Origin: Selaginella moellendorffii | Lineage: Eukaryota > Plantae > Lycopodiophyta | NCBI RefSeq assembly: GCF_000143415.4 | Contig: NW_003314262.1 | Coordinates: 3,212,603-3,276,602 of the forward strand | Direction: 5' to 3' | Length of the DNA stretch: 64,000 bases | In this document: positions 22,396 through 33,399 of the stretch, in pieces | Position numbering within the stretch: position 1 is the first letter of the stretch | Layout of the letters: every line of letters begins with the position of its first letter | Notes under the pieces: generated by a model | The model's database searches: none | What the model was told of the DNA's origin: nothing | The model's input: only the letters and a program-made list of their open reading frames with translations | Program-made: the position numbers and the translations under genes

Positions 22396-22758
22396 TTATT
22401 TTTTTGGTTTGCTTAAGCAAACCTGGATGGTATTGGATATACCTAGAATATGCTTGGATGTTCTAGGATATTCTACCATCTAACGGTTGTTATTCATTTA
22501 GATTAATCTTGTATTTATAATTTATAAACTTTCTTAAACCTTTTCTAGTATATTCTTTTTCATTCTACCATCTTGATATGCAATAAAATTAATCTTGTAT
22601 ATATAAATTACAAACTTGCTTATAATTATAAACTTTATTTGATCAATTGGATTAATAAGTAATAATAACATTAGTATTAAGCAAACCAAGCATTGCTACA
22701 TGCAACACGTAGCAATTTTTTTTATTAGTGAGACATTTTATTATGTTTGATCAAAGCT

Positions 22759-23833
22759 TTAGAAGGAACTTCTTTCATGAAAGTCACTCCTAACCAGCTG
22801 AACCAATTGAACAAGCCTGTTATTCAGTGGCTGAAGAGCCCTTGCATTTTCTCCCTGGATAGAAAAAGCAAATCATTCCTGATTATTTATTTGATTAGTG
22901 AATAAAGATACCTTCAAAGCAGCTTTGACTGCCGAATACTGGTTTGTTGTGAGACTGGTCGGCTGTGGAAACCAAAGAAAAACAAAAACTATGAGCATAG
23001 AAGGCAGGTAGCAGGACTCTCACCTGGGAATAAACATTCCACACGACATTCTCGGAATATGGAGGAGTTGTAAGCGAGCCATTGTATCGGAAGAACATGT
23101 CTGAAGGGATTTCGAGCAGTTCGGGGTTGATAGTTCTTATAAACACAGCCTTGCTTTCTTCCGGGGAGGATGCTAACGTTGGAAGATAGCGTTCCAGCTG
23201 AAGGTAAAAATAAATTTAAGTTTTACAACAAGCAAGGACAAGAATAAATCTACCTGGGTGATAAATGGATTTGCTCTTGGTCCAATATCATAGAGCAATC
23301 CAATTACTGCAATGTTCCCTTCAGAATTCTTGTGAACCACATGAATCTCCATCGGATATCTGCAAAGGATCATAGTAAACAGTTAATAATCTACGAGGAG
23401 ACTCCAGAAACCTTATGCCATCGATGGTGTGCTCGCTTGGCATATGAAAGTGAACATTTTCGATGTGGTATATTTTCCAGAGAAGATTAAACTGCCCGGC
23501 ATCTCCAAGAAATCCCACCTAGTTTTGAAAGATGTAAGAATAAAATGACAATAACTCTAGCTACAAACATTAAGTTCTCTATGATCTTTGTCCCCGCCAT
23601 TTTCAAAGATTGCAGAGGAGGATTTGTATCTCGTGTCCACCACTCCTGGAGTACCAACTGATCCCCGGAAGCTCAAAGCAATTGGCGACTGGTGTTTTAG
23701 ACCACTGGTAGCATCTGCCGAAAGAGAAAAACACGAAGAAAAGCCTCAGTGTAGAACTCTACATATCCTTTTGTGACTATCAACCTGCGAGGAAAACCAA
23801 GCAAAGAAAGGAGACAATCTTCACTGGAAGCAT
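22759..23833 (-). CDS. Secreted alpha-carbonic anhydrase, about 7 exons
   Basis: Spliced reading: signal peptide MLPVKIVSFLCLVFLA, then QSPI, HFHMPSEHTIDG, YPMEIHVVH, FFRYNGSLTTPPYSENVVWNV and NARALQPLNNR. All GT-AG junctions keep frame. Confidence 0.85.
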
Positions 23834-24127
23834 TGTTGCGCAAAGGATGAATCGAAGGGATGAATCTGATAACAAGGGAAGGAGTGTCTGAATTTAAATT
23901 GGACTCATCACCATTAGAAAACAAACAACATGTGTGTGTACTGCAAGGTGGAAATTGACAAACTCCGTAATGTATTAAAGCTGCACGCATACATCTGTTA
24001 AGAATGCGACGCGCAAATAGTTTAAAAAGCCGTAATAAAGTTTATAATTTATAGACAACGAGGATATTCCTATAAGAGAATATCCATTACCATTCAAAAA
24101 ATATTAAAAGGTGAGATACAAGGTTTT

Positions 24128-25424
24128 CTAGATCTTACTATCAGAGGTAGGGGACTCGGAGGCATACGCGGGTCGCTTGCTCTTCTTCTCCAAGTAAACA
24201 TACCAGCGATAAGCCTCCAGACCTGCGGTGGCTAGCACTGCTATAACCAAGAACGCCGTGTAGAGGTTCTTCAAAGTCCTGGACCCCTGGAGCAGCTTAA
24301 AACCCTTGTAAATGTTGGTGAAGATGAGAACGAGAGTGAGGTAGCCGAGGCCGTGATGGTAGATCTTCCAGTAGGGGCGGATCTTGTGCTCTTTCTCTGG
24401 TCTGAAAACAAGCGAAAGCACCTGAAGGAGAAACAAGGAACTCCGTGTTAAGCTGAACCAAAAGGCTTGATCTTTGATACCTGAAGTGTTGCAAAGACGA
24501 AGATGGCGGTACCGACGTTTTGGTGGACCTGAGAAGCAGCCGATTCTCCACTGTAGCTGGCGAGCTTAAGTCCGATTCCCCAGCCAACCACACCGAGAAG
24601 ATAACCCGTGCACTGTAAACCGACGTGACCGAAGAACCATTCTCGGCGGTGGGAGTAAGGCCTGACATATCTAGCCACCATGACCCCGAGCGGTAGAAAA
24701 ATCCCCCAGCCAACAGCATTTATTATTCCATGTTGCTGTAAAGAGTTCACGATAAGAAAAACTCAAGTTCTGTCCAAAGAAATAAAAAACTTACGAGTTT
24801 TAAAGACTGGTGAGGAGCTTGAGCACGGAGAATTCGATTGCTGCTCATGTCGAGAACAGCGGTAGTCTGTCGGAGAAACGATGCGTCCGTTGTGTGAGGC
24901 AACGGGCTCAAGTTCCTGGTCCCGGGTCCTCGACAAAAAACGAGGTTGATCCTGGAAATTGACTGGTTGGTCGGCAGCGAGAGCTTGGCAAAAATGGTGA
25001 CAACTCCGCTGGAAATATCAATGAAGCTAGAACCGACTAGTCTCAGCTCCGTGGAAGAAGCTGGCGAAGGAAGCGTACCTCGGAGGATCTGGGGAGTGAG
25101 GCTGTACTGCGCAACTCGGATAACATTGCTCGAGTCTGTGAAGCCGAGGAGGACGTTGGATCCGAGCATCGCCGCTGTGGAGCCCGAGTTAATCCCCCAG
25201 CCGACCCAACCCGAAGGAGATGTCAAGAGAGCTCGAAACATGGTGTCCATTGTTCTTGCCGACGGATCGAAAGTCCAGGAGAGCTGCGACCAAGAGTTGA
25301 GGGAGGAGCACGAAGAGTACGTTCTGGTGTTGCCATTGAGGAGGATGCTGGCAGTGCAAGCTCCAAGAGCCGGGGTCGTGAAGAAAACCAGGATTGGAAT
25401 GACAGAGTTGAGGAGCTGAATCAT
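24128..25424 (-). CDS. DOMON (AIR12-like) + cytochrome b561 protein (CYBDOM); 3 exons
   Basis: Signal peptide, GWVGWGIN..MLGSNVLL (DOMON), HGIINAVGWG..P.GVMVARY, WFFGHVGLQ, HQNVG and RPEKEHKIRPYWKIYHH (heme histidines). Confidence 0.9.
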
Positions 25425-26754
25425 CTGGAAAGCAGAAGCTACTCGCGCATAAGAACCAGAGTAAGATCTCAAGGAAATGCAGATCTTCTTACCCGGAACT
25501 CAGGTGCCACTGTTCCACGCTTCTTAGTTGAGGACGAAATGTGGATGGAATCTTCCGTAAGTGACTTCACAACTAGAAAAAGGGGTCCGCTTTTGTTGGT
25601 AAGTCTGCGTTGAGCCGCTGCTTCTCCGAGGACGAGCTAGCTATCAGATCCTCCCCTCAAGCGTGGTCTATCTCGTTTTGTCCTCTATCTTGTTATTTTA
25701 ACTCTGTGTCCTTCCTCCAGCCAATTGATGTGACAAAAGCGGCTCTTGGTTTGGTTTCGAGTGACTTTTCTTATGGAGACTCGTTGTTGGTGCTTCGACA
25801 GTAGCACTTTTCTGGAACGAAGGGCCCATCCGAGCTTGGAGTATTATTTTTCCTCTTCGTGATTTGTGCTTTCGATCGTCAACTCTTCGTCATCATCTTC
25901 GACTGGCCAAAGCCTGTTTCAGAAAATCATTAAAAGCGATAAGCTGAAGTTTACCTGATCCACAATGGCAACTAAAGCGCTCATTCCATAAACTTGCACA
26001 AAATGGAGCAGCTTACGCAGTTCAGCATATCGCACCTGTCCTGCACTATTCCCATTAGAATTGCAACGCAAAGAAAAAGCATGAATTACTCATTTCAATC
26101 CGACCACAGCTTACTCCCTCAGTCTCCACTCACAAGATCTGCGCAAGATGTCCGGGAAAAAGTCAGCTACTAACATTATAAAGGAACAAAGAAACGAACT
26201 CACCACGAAGCTGAAAGCCCCTCGAGCTTTAGTCAAACGCTTTTTTTTTCTATGCTTATCGGCATGTTTCTGGTGATTCTTTTGAGATGGATCCAAGTTA
26301 TCCTTGATATTCCACCATTTTCTGTGACTCTATCCAGTAATCCATTACCTGTAGAACAAAAATCATTAAAATCTTGAAGACAAAGAGTGTAGATTGACTG
26401 TAGAACACACTTGTCACAGGAAGATTCTTGAGCTCGAAACACCAAGGGCCTACCAGAAGAACAAACAAAATAGTCACTTAGATTTTCAGATCATACATGG
26501 AATGGAGCAGCAATGAGCACGATCCAGCTGCATCGCACAAAATCTAGCACTGTTTATGCGCCGGCAACATACCTTGGTCCAGGCAATGCGATCTAGCCCC
26601 GTGTTCCAAGGAATGCCTTGATCCAAACAACGCGATCAAGCCGCGTGTTCCACGGAAGAAACCCTAGAGATACCCTGGCGATTAAGCGGGAATAGGCAAG
26701 TCAAACGAGCGGTGGCGATTAAGTTCCGTATTCAAGATCAACAATGATCAGCTT

Positions 26755-26861
26755 GACACGTGTCGTGCATACAGGCCGTCACTTTCTTGAAAAAAATCTT
26801 CTATTTCCGTTTAAAGACACGTGCCGCAGCACGTCTGGCTGTGATTGGCTGGAGGCTCGTG
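26755..26861 (+). promoter_or_regulatory. G-box cluster and IDRS-like element upstream of ferritin
   Basis: GACACGTGTC at 26755-26764, CACGTG at 26818-26823, and reverse-strand CACGAGCCTCCAGC at 26848-26861, which resembles the ferritin IDRS (CACGAGGCCGCCAC). Confidence 0.45.
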
Positions 26862-27097
26862 CCAAGCACAAGGCAGCCTTTCCAAGCGTTCAAATCTGGA
26901 CGCTCCATCGCCTCGCCATTGTGTTGCGCCCACATTCCGCCAAACGTTTTACAATCTCGACCGTTGATACATTCCGGAAGCCATCTGACGGGCACTGCTG
27001 CTCTAAAACTCCGGACGAAGAAAAGCTTTGGGGCTTATCCTTGTAGCGCTTATCCCTCCTTGCCAGAGTAGCGCGTGTAGATCGATCTCGAGAGAAA

Positions 27098-28351
27098 ATG
27101 CTATCAGTTCGTGTCTCCCCCGCCACATCCGCCGCGCTCGTCAATCCGGCGCCAGCGGCAGCTCCAGAGAATGCGAGGAACAGGCTCTTCGCCGGAATGT
27201 CAAGCGGCAATAGGCGCTCGATCAAGCTCCAGGCCTCCAAGGGAGCGCCGCCGAAGGAGATGGACAGCGGATCTCTCACAGGTGTGGTGTTTGAGCCCTT
27301 CGCGGAGGTGAAGCACCAGCTCACGCAAGTCCCAGAGACGAGCTCGGTCTCATTCGCGAGGCAGAGATTTGCTCCAAGGTGCGAGGCTGCTATCAATGAC
27401 CAGATCAAGTAAGCTCTCTTTCTTTCTCTCGAAAATATTTTGGGATCTTAGCTCTTTGCGTTTCTCACAGTGTGGAGTACAACGTTTCTTATGTCTACCA
27501 CGCGATGTTTGGCTATTTCGATCGAGACAACGTTGGGCTCCCCGGCATGGCCAGGTAAGAGGTGGAGAGATCTAGTTTTTCCCAGATCAAGTGATCTTTT
27601 TCCTCAGGTATTTCAAGGAGGCAAGCGAGGAGGAACGAGGACACGCTGAAAAGTTCATGAAGTATCAGGTGATCTTCTTTTTTTCTTAAAGTTTGTGGGA
27701 GGTGTTCTTCAATCCAAGCTCACTCTCGTTGGTTTTCTTTTCCTTTTCCTTTTTGCGTTTAGAACCTCCGCGGTGGAAAGGTTGTGCTTCACTCGATTCT
27801 CGGCCCCAGCATAACAGAATTTGATCACGCAGAGAAGGGTGACGCCCTTTACGGTATGTTTGCAAGCAATTCTCTTTTTTTTTTGTTCTCGTGATTAGAT
27901 TTTCTCATTCTCGTTTGTTTTGTTTTGGCAGCGATGGAATTGGCTCTAGCTCTGGAGAAGCTGACAAACGACAAGCTGCTGGCACTACACAAGGTTTGAA
28001 TGCTCCAAAAGTTTTCATTGTTTATCGCTTTTGTTTGACGAATCGAGACAACGCAGGTCGCAGTAGATCACGACGACATACAGATGCAAGACTTCATTGA
28101 GTCGGAGTTTCTGGGAGAGCAGGTACTAAATTACTTAATTTTTTCTGCGATTTTCACCTCTTTAACGTGTTTTTGTGCTCGATAAAGGTGGAATCGATCA
28201 AAAAAATCTCAGTGTATGTGAGCCAGTTGAGACGTATCGGCAAAGGCCACGGTAAGAACAAAAAAAAAATGATTTTTCTGTTTGCTAAACGTTTCCTTTT
28301 GATGCAGCTGTGTATCATTTCGATCGGAGCCTCCACGATGGAGAAGATTAA
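27098..28351 (+). CDS. FER: Plastid ferritin, 8 exons
   Basis: Transit peptide, [74 protein letters not shown] and [17 protein letters not shown]. Canonical plant ferritin intron pattern. Confidence 0.95.
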
Positions 28352-28496
28352 GAGCTATAACTAAAATTTTCAAGGATGAAAGTTCCTTTGTATTTGTACA
28401 GGGGATTTGTTTAGCTATAAAAGACAATGCTATGTTGAATGACATAGGAATAGTAAGAAAGATCTCGCTAGGCGGCGGAGAGAGCGAGAGAGAGAG

Positions 28497-29103
28497 ATGG
28501 CTTCGTGGGCGATTGCGCTGGCGCTGGCGATGCTGTTTCCAGCAGCTGTGCTCGCAGGCGATGATCGATCGCCCCCGGATTGCACAGCGCAGGTGTCGGA
28601 GCTGGAGCCCTGCCTGGAATTTGTCAAGGGCGAGGAGCGATCGCCCTCGGCGGATTGCTGCAGCGGTCTCCAGCAAATCCACGCCACCAAGCCCGAGTGC
28701 CTGTGCTTGCTCGTCTCCTCCAGCCTGGGAATCGCCGCGGTGGTGCCTGGAATCAATGCCACACTCGCTCAGCAAGTTCCCGGGATTTGCAATGTTCACG
28801 TCAATCCATCGCGCTGCTCTGGTGAGTCTTTTGATCGGTCGCGGGGAAATCTTTGCTCATTTCGATCATCCGGTGATATAGCTCTGCTCTCTGGATCATC
28901 TGGCACCGCTTCTTCGCCCAATTCCGGAGCGTCGCCGGAAGGTAAATGGATCGAATTCCCAGAAGCACGAACTGAATCTCGTTCTTGAATTCCTCGCAGG
29001 GTTTATGGGATCCTCCTCCAGCGTCGGCGAATCGAGCTCCAAGGCATTCTTTGTTTTTGCGTTCTCTACTCCTTTTTCTGTGCTCTTCTTCTTCCTCGCA
29101 TGA
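28497..29103 (+). CDS. GPI-anchored non-specific lipid transfer protein (LTPG/xylogen-like), 3 exons
   Basis: Signal peptide, 8-Cys motif C-C-CC-CLC-C-C, Ser-rich linker and hydrophobic C-terminus. Confidence 0.88.
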
Positions 29104-29473
29104 GCCCTAATAAAAGCGTTTGCCCTAATTCCAGAAAATGGCGCGAGCGAGCCAGCTGGCCAAGCGCATTTGAAAGATCAGTGCTTCCATTGGTCGAATC
29201 GTGTGACGCCACGTGTCAGCGCTTCATGCCCTAAGAAGGAGCAATTAATGGAGGAATTGGTGCTCGTCACTCTCGAGAGAACGCGCTCGCGATCGATGGG
29301 ACGCTTTCTAGGTATATAACCGGCATTCTCCCTGCTCCTCCCTCCCAGCCGATCTTGATCGATCGCTCGCGCTCCCCTGTTCCATTGCTTCCTTCTCCTC
29401 GATCGAGCGCTCGCGCTAGCGATATTTCTTGCCTCCATCGATCGATCCAGCGCTCGATATCACGGGCACACCC

Positions 29474-30256
29474 ATGGCATCCTCGCTCTTGCTCCTCGCG
29501 TTCGTGGTTTCTTGCGGGGCCGTGGCGATCCTTGCGGCGCAGCCGGATTGCACGAATGAGATCGAGCAGCTCCAGCCGTGCCTGGCGTATGTGGAGGGCC
29601 AAGTCACCGCTCCCAGCTCCGATTGCTGCAAAGGGCTCCTCTCCGTGCACACCAACAGGCCAGTGTGCCTGTGCATTCTCATGTCCTCCTCCACCAGCGT
29701 GAATAGCAGCACCGCGACGCTCCTCCCATCGATTTGCAAGGTCGACACGGATCCAAAGCGGTGCCCAGGTATGAATCGAGCATTTCCTTTTCTCTCATTC
29801 GATTTAAACTTTGGTCTACTTTTTTTTACTTGTGACTTCGCTGGTAACACCATTCTTCTTTCCACTTAAGAGTCCTTTGTTCTATACTTCAGAGTCCTTT
29901 GCTCTATTTGGACTGTTTGGATTTTTTCTTCGTCCTTCTAGCATTCACTTCTCCTTGTCCGAGAATTAATTGCTTGGATCTTCATTTTTGGTAGCTCTGC
30001 TCAAGGGGGATGCTGCGGCACCAACTGGATCATCCTCATCCCCATCCACCGCGTCCGGAGGTAACAAAAAAAAAGCTTTTGTTTGTTCTTTGTTTTTAGA
30101 GTGGCCATAGCTTTAACACCATTTATTGCTCTACCAGGCAAGGCCGCCGCAAGCGACACGGCTGCGAACTCCGCCACCCCGTTCGTCTCCTTGTCCTCGT
30201 CGCTGCTCCTGACCGTGACGAGCTTGGTCCTGGCGGGATCCATGAACTTCTTGTGA
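29474..30256 (+). CDS. GPI-anchored non-specific lipid transfer protein (tandem paralogue), 3 exons
   Basis: MASSLLLL signal peptide, DCTNEIEQLQPCL..PSSDCC..PVCLC..IC..RC, and a hydrophobic tail ending MNFL*. Confidence 0.88.
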
Positions 30257-30905
30257 AGCTTTCCAGTTCTTTTGTGAGTTTGTAGCTAGGAGGAATGTGA
30301 TTCTCTTTTGCCTAGCGGTTGCTATACTATTGTTACATTATACACTACTAGATTCTGTCATACTTTGGCATATGAATTCTCAAGTTTTAGTTGCATCCAG
30401 TTCCCAGGTTGAGATTGATCTTGCAGTTGAGGAGCTTGAACTTGAGATCAGCGAGGTCCAAGTCTCCCAGAACCGGGCAAAGGCAGCCATGGAAGATCCC
30501 GAGCTGGAAGAAATCGCAGCATTCCTGGGACACGAATGGTTGCTGGAGGCTAAGGCAAGTTGCCATCTTCACCAAGTTGCAAACTCCATCGCCACCGGCG
30601 TGAAACTCGAGCGTTTCCACACCTTTTCGTGCTTGACACCGAGACAAGATGATCAAGACGACGAGAATTTGAATGGCAAATTTCATGGCTTCAAGAATTT
30701 AATTGTGAAAAACGAGAAGGGAAAAATCTGCTCTTTGTCATCCGGTTATGAAATTTATAGTCGCAAAGATTTAAGTGATGATTTTGTTGGTGCCAAAGAA
30801 TCAAACATAGCTGCAAAACGTCCGCCCTCTTCGAGTAAAATTCGTGTCTCATTATTTTTGTAGTCGCATGGAGACTCCACCACACAGTGAAACTCATCAT
30901 CAAAA

Positions 30906-30978
30906 GCGCCTGTAGCTCAGCGGATAGAGCGTCTGTTTCCTAAGCAGAAAGTCGCAGGTTCGATCCCTGCCTGGCGCG
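30906..30978 (+). tRNA. tRNA-Arg, anticodon CCT
   Basis: 73-nt cloverleaf GCGCCTG..TCTGT-TTCCTAA-GCAGA..GGTTCGATCC..CTGGCGCG, the typical plant Arg-CCT body. Confidence 0.95.
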
Positions 30979-31210
30979 GATTCCTTTCGTGCCCTTCTTT
31001 CCCTCTCTTTACTTTTTCGATTCCTCAAATGTGGTTTGCTTGGAAGCAATCACAAGCCCAAGTGTATGTCAAGACAACAACTACAACACCATGCAAAACC
31101 TTTCATTATTCATGCCTCCTCCAGCCCAAGGTATAAAAAGGCAATGCTGGTCTTCCAAGATCCATAGCTCCCACTCAAAGATTTACAATCGATCTCCCTT
31201 TGGATTTGGA

Positions 31211-31516
31211 ATGGCTCTAAAGTTTCCATGGATGGCTTTTGCTGTTGTGACATTGTATGTTGTTCTTATGGTTGTAACATTTGGGCCAGCATCAGTCTCG
31301 GCTCAAGGCCGGACTTGCAATGTTTTGCCCGCGGCCAGCTGCATCATGGGGGCCTCCCAGAGTGACTGCTGCTCCACGCTCACTACCGTGCTAAACAATT
31401 GCCTGTGTGCCATGGGCAATCCTGCTGCTACCGGGTTGCCTGTGGAGCTGGACGTGGTCTTCCATCTCAATCAGCTCTGTGCTATCAAAGTTGACCTTGG
31501 AGGCCCTTGCAACTGA
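31211..31516 (+). CDS. Small secreted 8-cysteine (nsLTP/prolamin-fold) protein, intronless
   Basis: TATAAAA at about 31133, hydrophobic signal peptide, and C-C-CC-CLC-C-C pattern. Confidence 0.8.
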   Translation: MALKFPWMAFAVVTLYVVLMVVTFGPASVSAQGRTCNVLPAASCIMGASQSDCCSTLTTVLNNCLCAMGNPAATGLPVELDVVFHLNQLCAIKVDLGGPCN

Positions 31517-32229
31517 TATATATCTAAGAATATTTCATGCTCACATGAATAACTGATGATTCTTACATGGAATATAAGGTTTAGGCAAATTATGTATGTA
31601 AGAATTGATATTAGAAGTTGGTAGATCTATTAATGATCTCCTATAATCATTCTGAAGGCCAGCCTTGTATAGTATCACTGTCATCTCTAAATAATTTAAT
31701 TTTTGGTTTTCTTTAGAAAAACGAAGATGTAAGGAATCTTTCTGTATATTTGTCTTCTGAGTTGTGATGGAATGGGGTGAAGATGATACTTAACATGGTG
31801 TAGTAGTACCCAGTGGCTTCTTAGAAACTTTGCTTGTTCTTGCTCTTCTTGCAACAGCAGTAATAACAAGATGATTGTAAGCACTAGTTGTGGTCATAGG
31901 TTTAGCAACAATAGAGACAAAGTGGCTAGATCATAAAAATATATATAAAAAGTCTTCATATCAGAAAAGAATGAGAAGAATAAAGGCATCTTTAAGTGCT
32001 GGCTGCAAAGATGATAAAAGAGAATTTAATCAATTTTCAAGCTCAATTTTAGAGGCAATATTTTTTTGTTTTCTGTCCTTTTCTCAGGATCTCTATTACC
32101 AAGTGTTGGAGAGAAGTATTAAGCATAAATGTTTTCTTTTGTTCAGAATTTTCTTTTGAAGAAAGTTTCTTTTGTTGAGTTTTTTATGGCTTGGATTTAA
32201 ATTCTACCTTAGCACCATGAAGATCCTCT

Positions 32230-33290
32230 TTGTTGTTTTGCTTGATATCACATTGTAGACAACTTTTACAATTATCATGAATGTGACTTTGGATATTAAA
32301 AATATTTGTTGGCAAATTCTTTAAGATCTTTTATCCTTATTGCCATAATGGTAAGAAGTTAGTACTATTAATTCCTTTATTAGTCTCTACCCAAATTAGT
32401 TAAGAAACTAATCTATCACATGTGCACTTGAAAAGCACAAGGACTAAATTTTTACATACTATTAATAAAGCATATTTGATCTATTTAGAGAAACTTATTA
32501 ATTTTTAAGTGCCATTAGTAAAGCAGTAAAGTATACTTTAGTTGGAGAAACTTATAAATTAACTTGCACTTCCTCGTATTTTGATATTGTGTTAATATTG
32601 CTATATAATAGTTTACTATGTTATTGATCTAGGTGTTAGATTTTTCAATTGGGCATATCTATAGAATTTAAAGAATATTTTTACCACTTAGTTTATTTAT
32701 CTATTGTTGCAAACATGACTTTGAGTATCAAAAAATACTTGTTACCCAATCTTTATGAACACTTTCTTTTTATTGCCATGATAGCAATAAGTTGGTATTC
32801 CTAGTTTTCTTTGTTAGTCTTCATCTAAGCTAGTTGAGATTAACATATATGCATTTAAATTGGAAAGGCACTAAAGAAGGAAATCCTAAGTTGTCATTAA
32901 GTCAAGCATATTTGACACGGTAATGAGAAATTCATGTTATTAGCTTGCATTTGTTAGTGTTGAAAACCTTATGATATTGAGTTTAGTCCTTCAATATTGA
33001 TACGTGATAGTTTACTGTGTTTACTAAACACCCTTGCTATCATGCCCCACGTATTGGTCCATTTAAGTTATATATGTTATTTATAATAAGTGTCTAGATT
33101 TATTAGTAGGGCATATCTACAAAATGTAAAACATGTCCTAAACACTAAAGTGTTATTTTTACATCTCAATTCACAATATAGCATAATTTTATATTTAGTA
33201 AGTTTTGAAACTTATCCTAAAGATTAAGTCCTGAGACTGGGGTGAAAGCCCAAAGTGTGTTCAGAGGGGGGGTGGGGGTTATTGTGGGGG
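32230..33290 (+). repeat. Degenerate tandem repeat (about 430-460 bp period) ending in a G-rich polypurine tract; probable retrotransposon 3' region
   Basis: TGACTTTG..ATTGCCAT..TTAGTCT at about 32284 and 32716; GGGCATATCTA at about 32651 and 33109; AGAGGGGGGGTGGGGG at about 33263. Confidence 0.4.
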
Positions 33291-33399
33291 TTCTAAATGT
33301 ATACTAGGGATGGTGGTCAAAAGTATACTTGACTATTTGAGAAACTAATTTAACTCTCACTAGGTTATATCACTCTTTATTTCAGTATGCTACTCTAAT

